Source of the DNA: Malacoraja senta | Taxonomy: Eukaryota | DNA: 64,000 nucleotides | Assembly (NCBI GenBank): GCA_038087875.1 | Contig: CM075990.1 | Span: forward strand, 17,982,001-18,046,000 | Reading direction: 5' to 3' | In this document: positions 1 to 13,090 of the stretch, piece after piece | Layout: each line of letters begins with the position of its first letter | How positions within the stretch are numbered: position 1 is the first letter of the stretch | Notes under the pieces: generated by a model | Database searches by the model: none | What the model saw: the letters and a program-made list of their open reading frames with translations, nothing else | What the model was told of the DNA's origin: nothing | Position numbers and translations under genes: made by a program

Positions 1-394
1 CAATTGCATCCTTCCTATAACAGGGCAACTAAAATTGAATACAATACTTCAAATGCAGCCTCAACAATTTGTACGACTAACATAACATCCAACTTCTATG
101 GACAATATCCTTCCTGAGAAAAGCATATGTACCAAAAGCCTTCATGACCACCTTATCTACCTGTGATGGCATCCCATTCCCTTAATGTAATTGTAAACTC
201 TCTTTGGATTTTCCTTAATATTACCTGCTGGAATTCCTTCTGAAGTATAGTTCACAAAACTCCTCCAGAGATGCACTTGATCCCAGCTGCCTACACCTGA
301 CACACGCCTCTTTCATTTTCCTGACCAGAGCATCAATGTCTGAGGAATTTCTAAAGAAGTGTCCCGACCCAAAACATCACCTATTTTTTTCTCA

Positions 395-985
395 CCAGAG
401 TATAGAAGTTGGGAGGTCAGTTGGGAGTTGGGAGTTGTATAAAACATTGGTGAGACCACAATTAGAATGTTGTGTTCAGTTCTGGGCACCATGTTATAGG
501 AAAGATATTGTCAAGCTTGAAATGGTTCAGAAAAGATTTATGAGGATGTTGCCAGGACTAGAGGGTGTGAGCTATATGGAGAGATTGAGTAGGCTGGGTC
601 TCTATTCCATGGAGTGCAGGAGGATGAGGGGAGATCTTATAGAGGTATACAAAATCATGAGGGGGTAGTTGCACAGAGTCTTTTGCCCAGAGTAGAGGAA
701 TCGAGGACCAAGATGAAGGGGAAAAGATTTAATGCGAATCCGAGGGGTAACGTTTTCACATAAAGGGTGGTGGCTGTATGGAACAAGCTGCCAGAGGTGG
801 TAGTTGAGGCTGGGACTATCCCATCATTTAAGAAACAGTTAGACAGGTGCATGGATAGGACAGGTTTGGAGGAATATCGAGCATGCGCAGGCAAGTGAGA
901 CGAGTGTAGCTGGGACATTGTTGGCCAGTGTGGGCGAGGTGGGCCGAAGTGACTGTTTCCACATTGTATCACTCTATGACTCTAT
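395..985 (+). mobile_element. CR1 LINE 3' fragment (older subfamily, (CTATGACT)n-like tail)
   Basis: ORF 336..668 contains LYKTLVRPQLECCVQFWAP...RRMRGDLIEVYKIM, the CR1 ORF2 C-terminus; tail repeat ctctatgactctatg near 972-986. Confidence 0.85.
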
Positions 986-1129
986 GCTGTCTGACCCACT
1001 GAGTTACTTCAGGTTTTTGTTTCAATTTATTTCGTCATCCAGGCTTCATTACCCCCATCCGCCTTACTCTTCGCTTCAACAAGAACATGCGTTTCCTGAA
1101 CTCTTGTCATCACACGTTTCAAACCATCA

Positions 1130-1762
1130 TTCATAGCAAAAGGATTTGAGTATAGGAGCAGGGAGGTTCTACTGCAGTTGTACAGGGTCTTAGTGAGACC
1201 ACACCTGGAGTATTGCGTACAGTTTTGGTCTCCTAATCTGAGGAAGAACATTCTTGCCATAGAAGGAGCACAGAGAAGGTTCACCAGACTGATTCCTGGG
1301 ATGTCAGGACTTTCATATGAAGAAAGACTGGATAGACTCGGCTTGTACTCGCTAGAATTTAGAAGATTGAGGGGGGGATCTTATAGAAACTTACAAAATT
1401 CTTAAGGTGTTGGACAGGCTAGATGCAGGAAGATTGTTCCCGATGTTGGGGAAGTCCAGAACAAGGGGTCACAGTTTAAGGATAAAGAGGAAATCTTTTA
1501 GGACTGAGATGAGAAAAACATTTTTTACACAGAGAGTGGTGAATCTCTGGAATTCTCTGCCACAGAATGTAGTTGAGGCCAGTTCATTCGCTATATTTAA
1601 GAGGAAGTTAGATGTGGCCCTTGTGGCTAAAGGGATCAGGGGGTATGGAGAGAAGGCAGGTACAGGATACTGAGTTGAATGATCGGCCATGATCATATTG
1701 AATGGCGGTGCAGGCTCGAAGGGCCGAATGGCCTACTCCTGCACCTATTTTCTATGTTTCTA
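1130..1762 (+). mobile_element. CR1 LINE 5'-truncated copy, young subfamily
   Basis: ORFs 1178..1405 and 1407..1673 (LVRPHLEYCVQFWSP; FFTQRVVNLWNSLP); tttctatgtttctat tail. Confidence 0.92.
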
Positions 1763-1877
1763 TCCCATTTTCCAGATGTTCCTTTGCCCACAAACAACCC
1801 ACTCCAATCAATGTTAGCAAGTTCCCATCTAATACCATCCAAGTTGGCCTTGCCACAGTTTAGCATTTAACATGGGG

Positions 1878-4455
1878 ATAGAAACAGAGAATCTTAGAAA
1901 ATAGGTGCAGGAGTAGGCCATTCGGCACTTCGAGCCTGCACCGCCATTCAATATGATCATGGCTGATCATCCATCTCAGTATCCCGTACCCGCCTTCTCT
2001 CCATACCCCCTGATCCCTTTAGCCACAAGGGCCACATCTAACTCCCTCTTAAATATAGCCAATGAACTGGCCTCAACTACCCTCTGTGGCAGAGTTCCAG
2101 AGATTCACCACTCTCTGTGTGAAAAATGTTTTTCTCATCTCGGTCTTAAAGGATTTTCCCCTTATCCTTAAGCTGTGACCCCTTGTCCTGGACTTCCCCA
2201 ACATCGGGAACAATCTTCCTGCATCTAGCCTGTCCAACCCCATAAGAATTTTGTAAGTTTCTATAAGATCCCCTCTCAATCTCCTAAATTCTAGCGAGTA
2301 TAAGCCAAGTCTATCCAGTCTTTCTTCATATGAAAGTCCTGACATCCCAGGAATCAGTCTGGTGAACCTTCTCTGCACTCCCTCTATGGCAATAATGTCC
2401 TTCCTCAGATTTGGAGACCAAAACTGTATGCAATACTCCAGGTGTGGTCTCACCAAGACCCTGTACAACTGCAGTAGAACCTCCCTGCTCCTATACTCAA
2501 ATCCTTTTGCTATGAAAGCTAACAAACCATTCGCTTTCTTCACTGCCTGCTGCACCTGCATGCCTACTTTTAATGACTGGTGTACCATGACACCCAGGTC
2601 TCGCTGCATCTCCCCTTTTCCTAATCGGCCACCATTTAGATAATAGTCGGCTTTCCTGTTTTTGCCACCAAAGTGGATAACCTCACATTTATCCACATTA
2701 TACTGCATCTGCCAAACATTTGCCCACTCACCCAGCCTATCCAAGTCACCTTGCAGTCTCCTAGCATCCTCCTCACAGCTAACACTGCCCCCCAGCTTAG
2801 TGTCATCTGCAAACTTGGAGATGTTGCCTTCAATTCCCTCATCCAGTTCATTAATATAAATTGTAAATAGCTGGGGTCCCAGCACTGAGCCTTGCGGTAC
2901 CCCACTAGTCACTGCCTGCCATTGTGAAAAGGACCCGTTTACTCCTACTCTTTGCTTCCTGTTTGCCAGCCAGTTCTCTATCGACATCAATACTGAACCC
3001 CCAATACCGTGTGCTTTAAGTTTGTATACTAATCTCTTATGTGGGACCTTGTCAAAAGCCTTCTGAAAGTCCAGATACAACACATCCACTGGTTCTCCCC
3101 TATCCACTCTACTAGTTACATCCTCGAAAAATTCTATAAGATTCGTCAGACATGATTTACCTTTCGTAAATCCATGCTGACTTTGTCCAATGATTTCACC
3201 ACTTTCCAAATGTGCTGCTATCCCATCTTTAATAACTGACTCTAGCAGTTTCCCCACTACCGATGTTAGACTAACTGGTCTGTAATTCCCTGTTTTCTCT
3301 CTCCCTCCCTTCTTAAAAAGTGGGGTTACGTTTGCTACCCTCCAATCCTCAGGAACTACTCCAGAATCTAAAGAGTTTTGAAAAATTATCACTAATGCAT
3401 CCGCTATTTCTGGAGCTACATCCTTAAGTACTCTGGGATGCAGCCTATCTGGCCCTGGTGATTTATCGGCCTTTAATCCATTCAATTTACCCAACACCAC
3501 TTCCCGACTAACCTGGATTTCACTCAGTTCCTCCATCTCCTTTGACCCGCGGTCCCCTGCTATTTCCGGCAGATTATTTATGTCTTCCTTAGTGAAGACG
3601 GAACCAAAGTAGTTATTCAATTGGTCCGCCATATCCCTGTTCCCCATGATCAATTCACCTGTTTCTGACTGCAAGGGACCTACATTTGTTTTAACTAATC
3701 TCTTTCTCTTCACATATCTATAAAAACTTTTGCAGTCAGTTTTTATGTTCCCTGCCAGTTTTCTTTCATAATCTATTTTCCCTTTCCTAATTAAGCCCTT
3801 TGTCCTCCTCTGCTGGTCTCTGAATTTCTCCCAGTCCTCTGGTATGCTGCTTTTTCTGGCTAATTTGTACGCATCATCTTTTGCTTTGATACTATCCCTG
3901 ATTTCCCTTGTTATCCACGGATGCACTACCTTCCCTGATTTATTCTTTTGCCAAACTGGGATGAACAATTTTTGTAGTTCATCCATGCAGTCTTTAAATG
4001 CCTTCCATTGCATATCCACCGTCAACCCTTTTAGAACTAATTGCCAGTCAATCTTGGCCAATTCACGTCTCATACCCTCAAAGTTACCTTTCTTTAAGTT
4101 CAGAACCATTGTTTCTGAATTAACAATGTCACTCTCCATCCTAATGAAGAACTCAACCATATTATGGTCACTCTTGCCCAAGGGGGCACGCACAACAAGA
4201 CTGCTAACTAACCCTTCCTCATTACTCAATACCCAGTCTAGAATAGCCTGCTCTCTCTTTGGTTCCTCTACATGTTGGTTTAGATAACTATCCCGCATAC
4301 ATTCCAAGAAATCCTCTTCCTCAGCACCCCTGCCAATTTGATTCACCCAATCTATATGTAGATTGAAGTCACCCATTATAACTGTTTTGCCTTTGTTGCA
4401 CGCATTTCTAATTTCCTGTTTGATGCCATCCCCAACTTCACTACTAGTTAGGTGG
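1878..4455 (-). mobile_element. CR1 LINE, 2.6 kb 5'-truncated copy with an almost uninterrupted ORF2 (endonuclease C-terminal half plus reverse transcriptase)
   Basis: 821-aa ORF 2073..4538: GDFN, ILDWVL, LGKSDHN (APE); YRPVSLTS, LDFQKAFDKV, GVPQGSVLGP, FADD (RT); frameshift near the 3' end. Confidence 0.95.
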
Positions 4456-4459
4456 CCTG

Positions 4460-5870
4460 TACTTGCTCTGTCTTTATCCATAACTAGTATAACAATAGAA
4501 CTGTGACTGCTGTTGCCTAAAGGCTCGCCCACCGACACCAGTCACTTGCCTTCCCCCATTTCCTAAGAGTAGATAATGCTTTGCCCTCTCCCTTGTAGGC
4601 CCTCTACATATTGCCTGAGAAAACGTTCCTGAACACATTTAACAAATTCCACCCTCTGTAAGCCCCATGGCATTATGACAGTCCAAGTCTATATTGGGAA
4701 GGTTAAAAATCACCTACTATGACAATCCTATTCATCTTGCAGCTGCCTGCAATCTCACAGCATATAGGGCTTTCCAATTCCCGTTGACTATTTAGGGGTC
4801 TGTAGTGCACTCCCAACAAGGTGATCATCCCCTTTTTATTTCTGAGCTCACCCACTGGATCACTGGATGAGCCATCAGTAATGTCATCTCTGACTACTGC
4901 TGTGACATTCTCCTTAATAAAGCAACATTCCCTGCTTTTTGACCCCCACCTCAATCTCACCTGCAGCCTGAACATTAAGGTGCCATTCCTGGGCCTCTAT
5001 TAGGCAGGTTTCCATAATGGATAGAACATCCCAGTCCCATGTACCTATCCATGCCCTGAGTTGATCTGTGTTACCTGTCAGGCCTCCCGCACTAAAATAA
5101 ATGCAATTTAATCCAACCGCCCTTCCTCATTCCTTTTCATGCTCCTGCCTATTCTGTCCACTGATCTTTCATTCATCGCCTTTCAAATCGACTTCCAGCT
5201 TCTCACATGCCTCAGTCCTGCAATGGATCCTGTCCCTCTGCCAATCTAGTTTAAATGCTCCTTTAGTAGCACAAGCAAACATGCCTGCCAGGATATTGAT
5301 TTCCTTTCAATTAAGTGCAACCCATTCCGCTTGTACTGATCATCCCTACCCAGAAAAGATCCCAATGGTTCAAAAATCTGAAACCCTTGACCCCTGCACC
5401 AATTTCTCAGCCATGCAATCATGTGCTCCTGCTCCTACCCTCACTAGCACATGGTACCAGTAGTAATACAGAGATCACTATCCTGGAGGTCCTTCTTTAT
5501 TATCTTTTGTCTAACTCCATCTATTCACTTCGCAGGACCTCATCCCTTTTCCTACCCTTGTCCTTTGTGCCAACATGCACAAAGACCTCTGGCTGCTCAC
5601 ACTTCCCCTCGAAAATGTGCAGATGTTCTGCCTCCCTGGACTCTGGCACCAGGGAGGCAGCACACCACTGTGGAATGTCGATTGCTGCGACAGAATATCC
5701 CGTCTGTCTCCTTAACAGGCGAGACTCCTACCACTAAAGCTCTATCTGACATAACTCTACCCTGCTGTACCTCAGGGCCAGGTCTGGTGCCATAGACCTG
5801 ACTGCTGCTGATGCTCATTACTGATGGGTTATTCCGTTGAACGGTATCCAAAAGAGTATCAACTGCTCTC
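4460..5870 (-). mobile_element. Old CR1 LINE remnant with ORF1 esterase (SGNH-like) region and ORF2 endonuclease N-terminus
   Basis: ORF 5597..5851 RALVVGVSPVKETDGIFC...VVCCLPGARVQ resembles the CR1 ORF1 esterase; ORF 4703..4975 TLLGVHYRP...IVIVGDF is APE; many stops and frameshifts. Confidence 0.75.
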
Positions 5871-6919
5871 TCTGCCTACACTCTTACCTCAAGTGCACCC
5901 ATCTACTCTCACACTGTCCTGAATCTGGCCAGAGCTGAACTTTGATTAATTGGCCTTTAAACAAAGTTATAGTCAGCATGGTTTTATATGTGGGAGATAA
6001 TGTCTTGCAAATCTGGTTGAGTTTTTGAAGTATCGAAAAAGGCTGATGAGGGCAAATCCGTTGTTTATACAGACTTTAGTAAGCCATTTGCAAAGATACC
6101 ACATGTTTGTGGTTTACAGGTGTCAGAGGTTATGGGGTGAAGGCAGGAGGATGGGGTTAGGATGAAGAGAGAGATCAGCCATGATTGAACGGATGGCAGA
6201 GTAGACTCGATGGGTCTATTGGCTCAATTCTACTCCTATCACATGATCTTATGATATATCAATGCTTTGCAAATGACACTAAAGTGGGTGGTATCGTAGA
6301 AAGCAAATATGGTTATCAAAAATTACAGCAGGATCTTGATCAGTTGGGCTGAACAATGATTATTGGAGTTTAATACAGAGAAGGGCAAGGTGTTGCATTT
6401 TGGAAAGTCAAACCAGGACAACTTCTGCACAGTGAATGGCACACTGGGGAGTGTTGTAGAGCAGATGGTTCGAGGAGTGCAGGTACACAGTAGATATTGG
6501 TGAGGCCACATTCAAAATCCTCCATATTCTACTTCCCAGTATATAGAGTCAGAATCATACAGCGTGAAAACAGACCCTTCGGCCCAACTTGTCCACGCCA
6601 ACTATCTACACTAGTCCCACCTGCCTGCCTATGGCCCATATCCCTCTAAACCTATCCTATCTATCTACCTGTCTAAATGCTTCTTAAACATTGTGAAAGT
6701 ACCTGCCTCAACTACCTTCTCTGGCAGTTTGTTCCATCTACTTACCACACTTTGCGTTAAAAAAGTTGCCCACGGGTCCCTATTAAATCCCCCCCCCCCC
6801 CCCACCCCACCTCACTATTAAATGTGTTCAGCAATTGGGGGGGTGGGGTAGGGGGGGGAGAAATAAGATATATCGGTATAGGAAAATAATAAGCTTCATT
6901 AAATTCATAATAAAATAGT

Positions 6920-7998
6920 ATACATAGATACATAGAAAATAGGTGCAGGAGTAGGCCATTCGGCCCTTCGAGCCTGCACCGCCATTCAATATGATCATGG
7001 CTGATCATCCAACTCAGTATCCCGTACCCGCCTTCTCTCCATACCCCCTGATCCCTTTAGCCACAAGGGCCACATCTAACTCCCTCTTAAATATAGCCAA
7101 TGAACTGGCCTCAACTACCCTCTGTGGCAGAGAGTTCCAGAGATTCACCACTCTCTGTGTGAAAAATGTTTTTCTCATCTCGGTCTTAAAGGATTTCCCC
7201 CTTGTCCTGGACTTCCTGAACTTCGGGAACAATCTTCCTGCATCTAGCCTGTCCAACCCCATAAGAATTTTGTAAGTTTCTATAAGATCCCCTCTCAATC
7301 TCCTAAATTCTAGCGAGTAAAAGCCGAGTCTATCCAGTCTTTCTTCATATGAAAGTCCTGACATCCCAGGAATCAGTCTGGTGAACCTTCTCTGCACTCC
7401 CTCTATGGCAATAATGTCCTTCCTCAGATTTGGAGACCAAAACTGTATGCAATACTCCAGGTGTGGTCTCACCAAGACCCTGTACAACTGCAGTAGAACC
7501 TCCCTGCTCCTATACTCAAATTATTTTGCTATGAAAGCTAACATACCATTCGCTTTCTTCACTGCCTGCTGCACCTGCATGCCTACTTTCAATGTGTACC
7601 ATGACACCCAGGTCTCGCTGCATCTCCCCTTTTCCTAATCGGCCACCATTTAGATAATAGTCTGCTTTCCTGTTTTTACCACCAAAGTGGATAACCTCAC
7701 ATTTATCCACATTATACTGCATCTGCCAAACATTTGCCCACTCACTCAGCCTATCCAAGTCACCTTGCAGTCTCCTCGCATCCTCCTCACAGCTAACACT
7801 GCCCCCCAGCTTAGTGTCATCCGCAAACTTGGAGATGTTGCCTTCAATTCCCTCATCCAGTTCATTAATATAAATTGTAAATAGCTGGGGTCCCAGCACT
7901 GAGCCTTGCGGTACCCCACTAGTCACTGCCTGCCATTGTGAAAAGGACCCGTTTACTCCTACTCTTTGCTTCCTGTTTGCCAGCCAGTTCTCTATACA
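6920..7998 (-). mobile_element. CR1 LINE 5'-truncated copy, young subfamily
   Basis: ORFs 7516..7926 (GVPQGSVLGP, FADD) and 7014..7487; (CATAGATA/CATAGAAA) tail at 6922-6938. Confidence 0.93.
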
Positions 7999-8971
7999 TC
8001 CCAGTGTCAGTGGTTTGCTGAACTCTCAGTGGACATGGAAAAGATTCTCTGAACAAAAATATTGATATAATTGCATCCCTTGATTTTATCATAGTGCTAA
8101 TATTTTAATGCAAGGTCGGTCACGCATGGCTGAGGGGGGGAAACGTGCGCTATGATTGTATACATTAACTTGCATCTCACACACTGATCAGTTAACCACA
8201 ATCTACACTCAATTTACAGTGGAATAGCAACTAGCAAAGTCGAGCTCGAGTTTCTAAGCGAAAAAAATGAGTGATAAGTAACACTATTTGGAAGCAGCAT
8301 CTCTTCTTCCATTTTACACAAAATATAAATGCACCCGCTTAAGATGTAATAGAAAATATCAGTGACAAACGGTAGATTCAACCAAAAGTTTAAGTAGTCC
8401 TTTGAGAATGCCAACGCTTTCCGGTATCTGTCATGTAAGCCAACCAACCTCAAAACAACCAATTTTATACAAAAAGGAAGATACTTTGTTTTAAAGACTC
8501 AGACCCGAGAAACATAATATAAATTAAACAATTTTAATTTTCTTTCTCAGTTCACTGGTGCATTTGATTTCAAAGGCAACTATCATTCGTTTCCACATGG
8601 TCCTTCGCCGTTGGATAATAAAAGACAAAACATTTTTACATCTCTCACATAGTTTGTTCCACATTACCAAAAACAGAACTAATTAATATTTTTAGAGATG
8701 TCATCTGAGAGAGAACGACAGATATCACAACAGCGTCAGTCACATGTTCAAAAAATATTAAGTATATACTTAAAACTTATCTCGGAGTTGTGTCAATCTA
8801 TTCAGTTGTCTCCCTATTCAGTTTCTGATGTAGTTTTGCCAGAACAAAGACCGAATAATATCAGCAGTTGAACACGATCAGTCCAAAGTTGTTCAATACA
8901 TCAGAGTTAGCGCGGATTTATTTGGGAGGGAAATTCCTCCTATTGTCACCGGGGCAGCGGGGAATGAATTA

Positions 8972-9283
<312 letters not shown>

Positions 9284-9399
9284 TTAAAGGAGGGAAATGC
9301 GACGTTTCTTGTCAAAAGAAATGTCTCAGCTCTCTTCTCTGTGGGGCAGAAAAAAAGAACGAACACTCCCAAACCACTTCCCTGGCCTTTGGTCGAGAA

Positions 9400-9770
9400 A
9401 CCCCTCCCCCCTCGCTTCAGAGGGACGAGACGCCCCTCCTCCCGCCGCGCCCTGCCCCGCCCCTCGGCCGCAACCATTGCGTCATCCTTGCAGCGGCCCC
9501 AGACCACTCTGCCTCCCCATTGGTCCGTACAGTCTTCCATCAAACAGGCGACTGGATTTTCCCTCTTAATCCCGCCTCTGCGATGCGTCATTTCTGGCGG
9601 TGCGAGAATGGCAGTTGCTCGGCTCCAGCCCGCCCACTCGCGCGCTGCGGCGGCGTCAGGAGCTCTATTCCCATAAAAGGGAATTCTTCCCAACGACATG
9701 GAATGTTGGGCACGGTTTGAAACAGGGAGGGGGTACGAGCACGAGCACGAGCACGAGCACGGGGCTGGCT
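9400..9770 (-). promoter_or_regulatory. VCL CpG-rich promoter with GC boxes, CCAAT box and CRE-like TGACGCA motifs
   Basis: CpG-dense island just upstream of the ATG; ccccgccc near 9455; ATTGG 9519-9523; tgcgtca near 9478 and 9584. Confidence 0.75.
9671..9680. promoter_or_regulatory. CArG box (SRF binding site)
   Basis: CCATAAAAGG fits CC(A/T)6GG exactly; vinculin is an established SRF/MRTF target in mammals. Confidence 0.75.
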
Positions 9771-9775
9771 ACCAA

Positions 9776-9803
9776 AGATACTAGAGGAGCTCCTCTAGTA
9801 TCT
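9776..9803. repeat. Perfect 28-bp palindrome, preceded by an (ACGAGC)4 tandem at 9735-9761
   Basis: AGATACTAGAGGAG|CTCCTCTAGTATCT is its own reverse complement. Confidence 0.95.
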
Positions 9804-9832
9804 GCTGGGGAGCGTGGAAGAGGAGGGTGGGG

Positions 9833-10495
9833 AGAAACAGAAAATAGGTGCAGGAGTAGGCCATTCGGCCCTTCGAGCCAGCACCGCCATTCAATATGAT
9901 CATGGCTGATCATCCAGCTCAGTATCCCGTACCTGCCTTCTCTCCATACCCCCTGATCCCTTTAGCCACAAGGGCCACATCTAACTCCCTCTTAAATATA
10001 GCCAATGAACTGGCCTCAACTACCCTCTGTGGCAGAATATAAGCCCAGTCGACCCATTCTTTCATCATATGTTAATTCCGCCATCCCAAGAATTAACCTG
10101 GTGAACCTACGCTGCACTCTCTCAATAGCAATATGGTCCTTCTTCAAATTAGCAGACCAAAACTGCACATAACAATCCAGGTGCGGTCTTACCAGGGCCC
10201 TGTGCAGTAGGACCTCCTTGCTCCTAAACTCAAATCCTCTCGCAATGAAGGCGAACATGCCATTGGCTTTCTTCATTGCCTTCTGTACCTGCATGCTGAC
10301 TTTCAGTAACTGATGTACAAGCACACCCAGGTCTCGTTGAACCTCCCCTTTTTCTAATCTGACACCAGTCAGATAATAATCTGCCTTCCTTTTCTTACCA
10401 CCAAAGTGGATAAGCTCACATTTATCCACATTATACTGCATCTGCCATGGTCTGCCCACTCACCCCACTTATCCAAGTCACCCTGCAGCCTCATA
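9833..10495 (-). mobile_element. CR1 LINE fragment, chimeric or internally deleted
   Basis: 3' end matches the young subfamily (9833-10036) and is joined to a more diverged RT C-terminal piece (ORF 10016..10459 WQMQYNVDKC...LVRPHLDCYVQFW). Confidence 0.85.
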
Positions 10496-10721
10496 ACAGA
10501 GATGGGGCAGGAGGGGGAGAGAGGAGAGCGGAGGGAGGGGGCGAGAGGAGGGCGGGGGGAGATGCGGGGTGGGCGGTGCTGCTGCCACGGACTGATCTAC
10601 ATGAGACAACGAACTGCAGATGTTGGAATCTGGAGTAAAAAAATAAAGTGCTGGAGGAATTCAGTGGGTCAGGAAGCATCTGTACGTGATCCATAGCTCT
10701 CCATTCCCTGTATATTCTATC

Positions 10722-10900
10722 TGCGTGGATTTTCTCCGAGATCTTCAGTTTTGTCCCTCACTCCAAAGACGTTCAGGTTTGTAGGTTGATTGGCTTGGTA
10801 TAAATATAAAATTGTCCCTAGAGAGGTTAATTGCTGGTTGGTGTGGACTCGGTGGGCCGAAGGGCCCGTTTCCACGCTGTCTCTAAACTAAGCCAAACTA
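10722..10900 (+). mobile_element. V-SINE (HE1-like) partial copy
   Basis: gtggattttctccg...cactccaaagacg...aattgtccctag V-domain-like core; CR1-type 3' tail gggccgaagggcc...ctaaactaa. Confidence 0.6.
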
Positions 10901-11269
10901 TAACATATCCCAACTTCTATACTCAATTTCCTGACGAATGAAGACCAATTGCCAAAAGACTATGTTTACTATCTCTCATTTGCTAATTTTGTAACCAGGC
11001 ATCTAGCTCTCCCTTGATGTAATATGATCTAACTGACCAGTGCAGCCTACCATGTGAAACCATATCAAAGGCCTCACTGAAATGCATACAGACTACATCA
11101 ACCTACAGAAGGTTCATCGAAGTTCTTGGTTACTTCTTCAGAAAACAATCAAATTCATGAGACACGATCTGTTTGCAAAATGTTCTGATTGTCTCTAATT
11201 AATACCTGCCTATCCAAATACATGTATATCTTAACTCTAAGAATGCTCCCCAGTAACTTGCCTACCACA

Positions 11270-13090
11270 CATTCGCCCTGATGGTATTACTATCACAGTC
11301 ACAGAGGCCGACGTCAGAAGATCCTTCAGGGAGGTGAGCCCTCGGAAAGCACCTGGACCTGATGGTATACCCAGTTGAGTTCTCAAAACATGCAGACCAA
11401 CTGGCAGGGGCTTTTGCGGACATTTTCAATCTCTCACTGCTGAGGTCTGAGGTTCCCTCCTGCTTTAAGAGGGCATCAATAATACCGGTGCCCAAGAAGA
11501 GTAAGGTGACGTGCCTCAATGACTGTTGACCAGTGGCACTAACGTCCGTGGTGATGAGGTGCTTTGAGAGGTTGGACTACTACCTCAAAAAGAACCTCGA
11601 CCCACTACAGTTCGCCTACCGTCACAATAGGCCCACGGAGGATGCGATCTCACTGGCTCTCCACTCCGCACTGGACCACTTGGACAATAAAAACACTTAC
11701 GTCAGGCTGTTATTTATAGACTACAGCTCGGCGTTCAATACCATCATCCCCTCCAAGCTGGTTACGAAACTCACGGAACTGGATCTCTACGCATCCTTCT
11801 GCAATTGGATCCTCGACTTCCTCATCCACAGACCACAGTCTGTTTGAATTGGCAGAAACACTTCATCCTCAGTGATAATCAGCACGGGAGCACTCAAGGC
11901 TGCATGCTCAGCCTCCTGCTCTACTCTATAATCATGACTGTAGTCTGACATTGTGCGAACTCCATTTTCAAGTTCGCTGACGACACCACCATTGTGGGAT
12001 GAATTACAGATGGTGATGTCAGATTATAGAAGTGAGATTGACCGACTGACCATATGGTGCCAGCACAACAACCTGGCTCTCAATATCAGCAAAACCATAG
12101 AACTGATTGTGGACTTTGGAAGAGGAAGGTTGAGGACACAATCCTGTTTACCTCAATGGGCTGATGTTGGAGAGAGTCAAAATCTTCAAATTCCTGGGCA
12201 TGTATATTTCCAACGATCTTTCCTAGACCCAGCACACTGATGCAATCATAAAGAAAGCACGTCAGCGCCTCTACTTCCTGAGAAGATTACGGAGATTCGG
12301 TATGTCAAAGAGGATTCTCTTGGAACTTCTACAGGTGCACAGTAGAGAGTATACTGACTGGTTGCATTGTGGCCTGGTTCGGCAACTTGAACATCCAGGA
12401 GTGGAAAAAAGTTGTAAACACCACCCAAGCCATCACCGGCTCTGACCTCCACACCATCGAAGGGATCTATCGCAGTCGCGGCCTCAAAAAGGCAGCCAAC
12501 ATCATCAAAGACCCACACCATCTTCTGACAACACACACATCTCACCACTGCCATCGGGAAGAAGGTACAGGAGCTGGAGAACTGTAACATCCAGGTTTAG
12601 GAACAGCTTATTCCCTACAGCCATCAGGCTATTAAACACTGCAACCTCATAAGCTATGAACTACAATAGACCACTATTATTATTATTGCACTGTTATTTT
12701 TTGTTATTTTTTCTGAGTTTTTGTTATATTATTTATTATGATTACATATTACTTTAAGAATAAGGAGTAAGCCATTTAGAACGGAGACGAGGAAACACTT
12801 TTTCTCAGAGAGAGTGGTGAGTCTGTGGAATTCTCTGCCTCAGAGGGCGGTGGAGGCAGGTTCTCTGGATGCTTTCAAGAGGGAGCTAGATAGGGCTCTT
12901 AAAAATAGCGGAGTCAGGGGATATGGGGAGAAGGCAGGAACGGGGTACTGATTGGCGGTGCTGGCTCGAAGGGCCAAATGGCCTGCTCCTGCACCTATTG
13001 TCTATTGTCATATTCTGTTATGCTGCAGCAAGTAAGAATTTCATTGTTCTATCTGAGACATATGACAATAAAACATTCTTGACTCTTGAC
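11270..13090 (+). mobile_element. Rex1/Babar-type LINE, decayed, interrupted by a CR1 3' fragment (about 12750-13010)
   Basis: ORF 11533..11847 [13 protein letters not shown]...[18 protein letters not shown]...[16 protein letters not shown] near 11973; 3' tail caataaaacattcttgactcttgac. Confidence 0.85.

Noticed and set aside
2073..4538. Active autonomous CR1 or domesticated RT gene
   Set aside because: 5'-truncated within the endonuclease, no ORF1 or promoter of its own, ORF start borrowed from an older flanking element, and a frameshift near the C-terminus.
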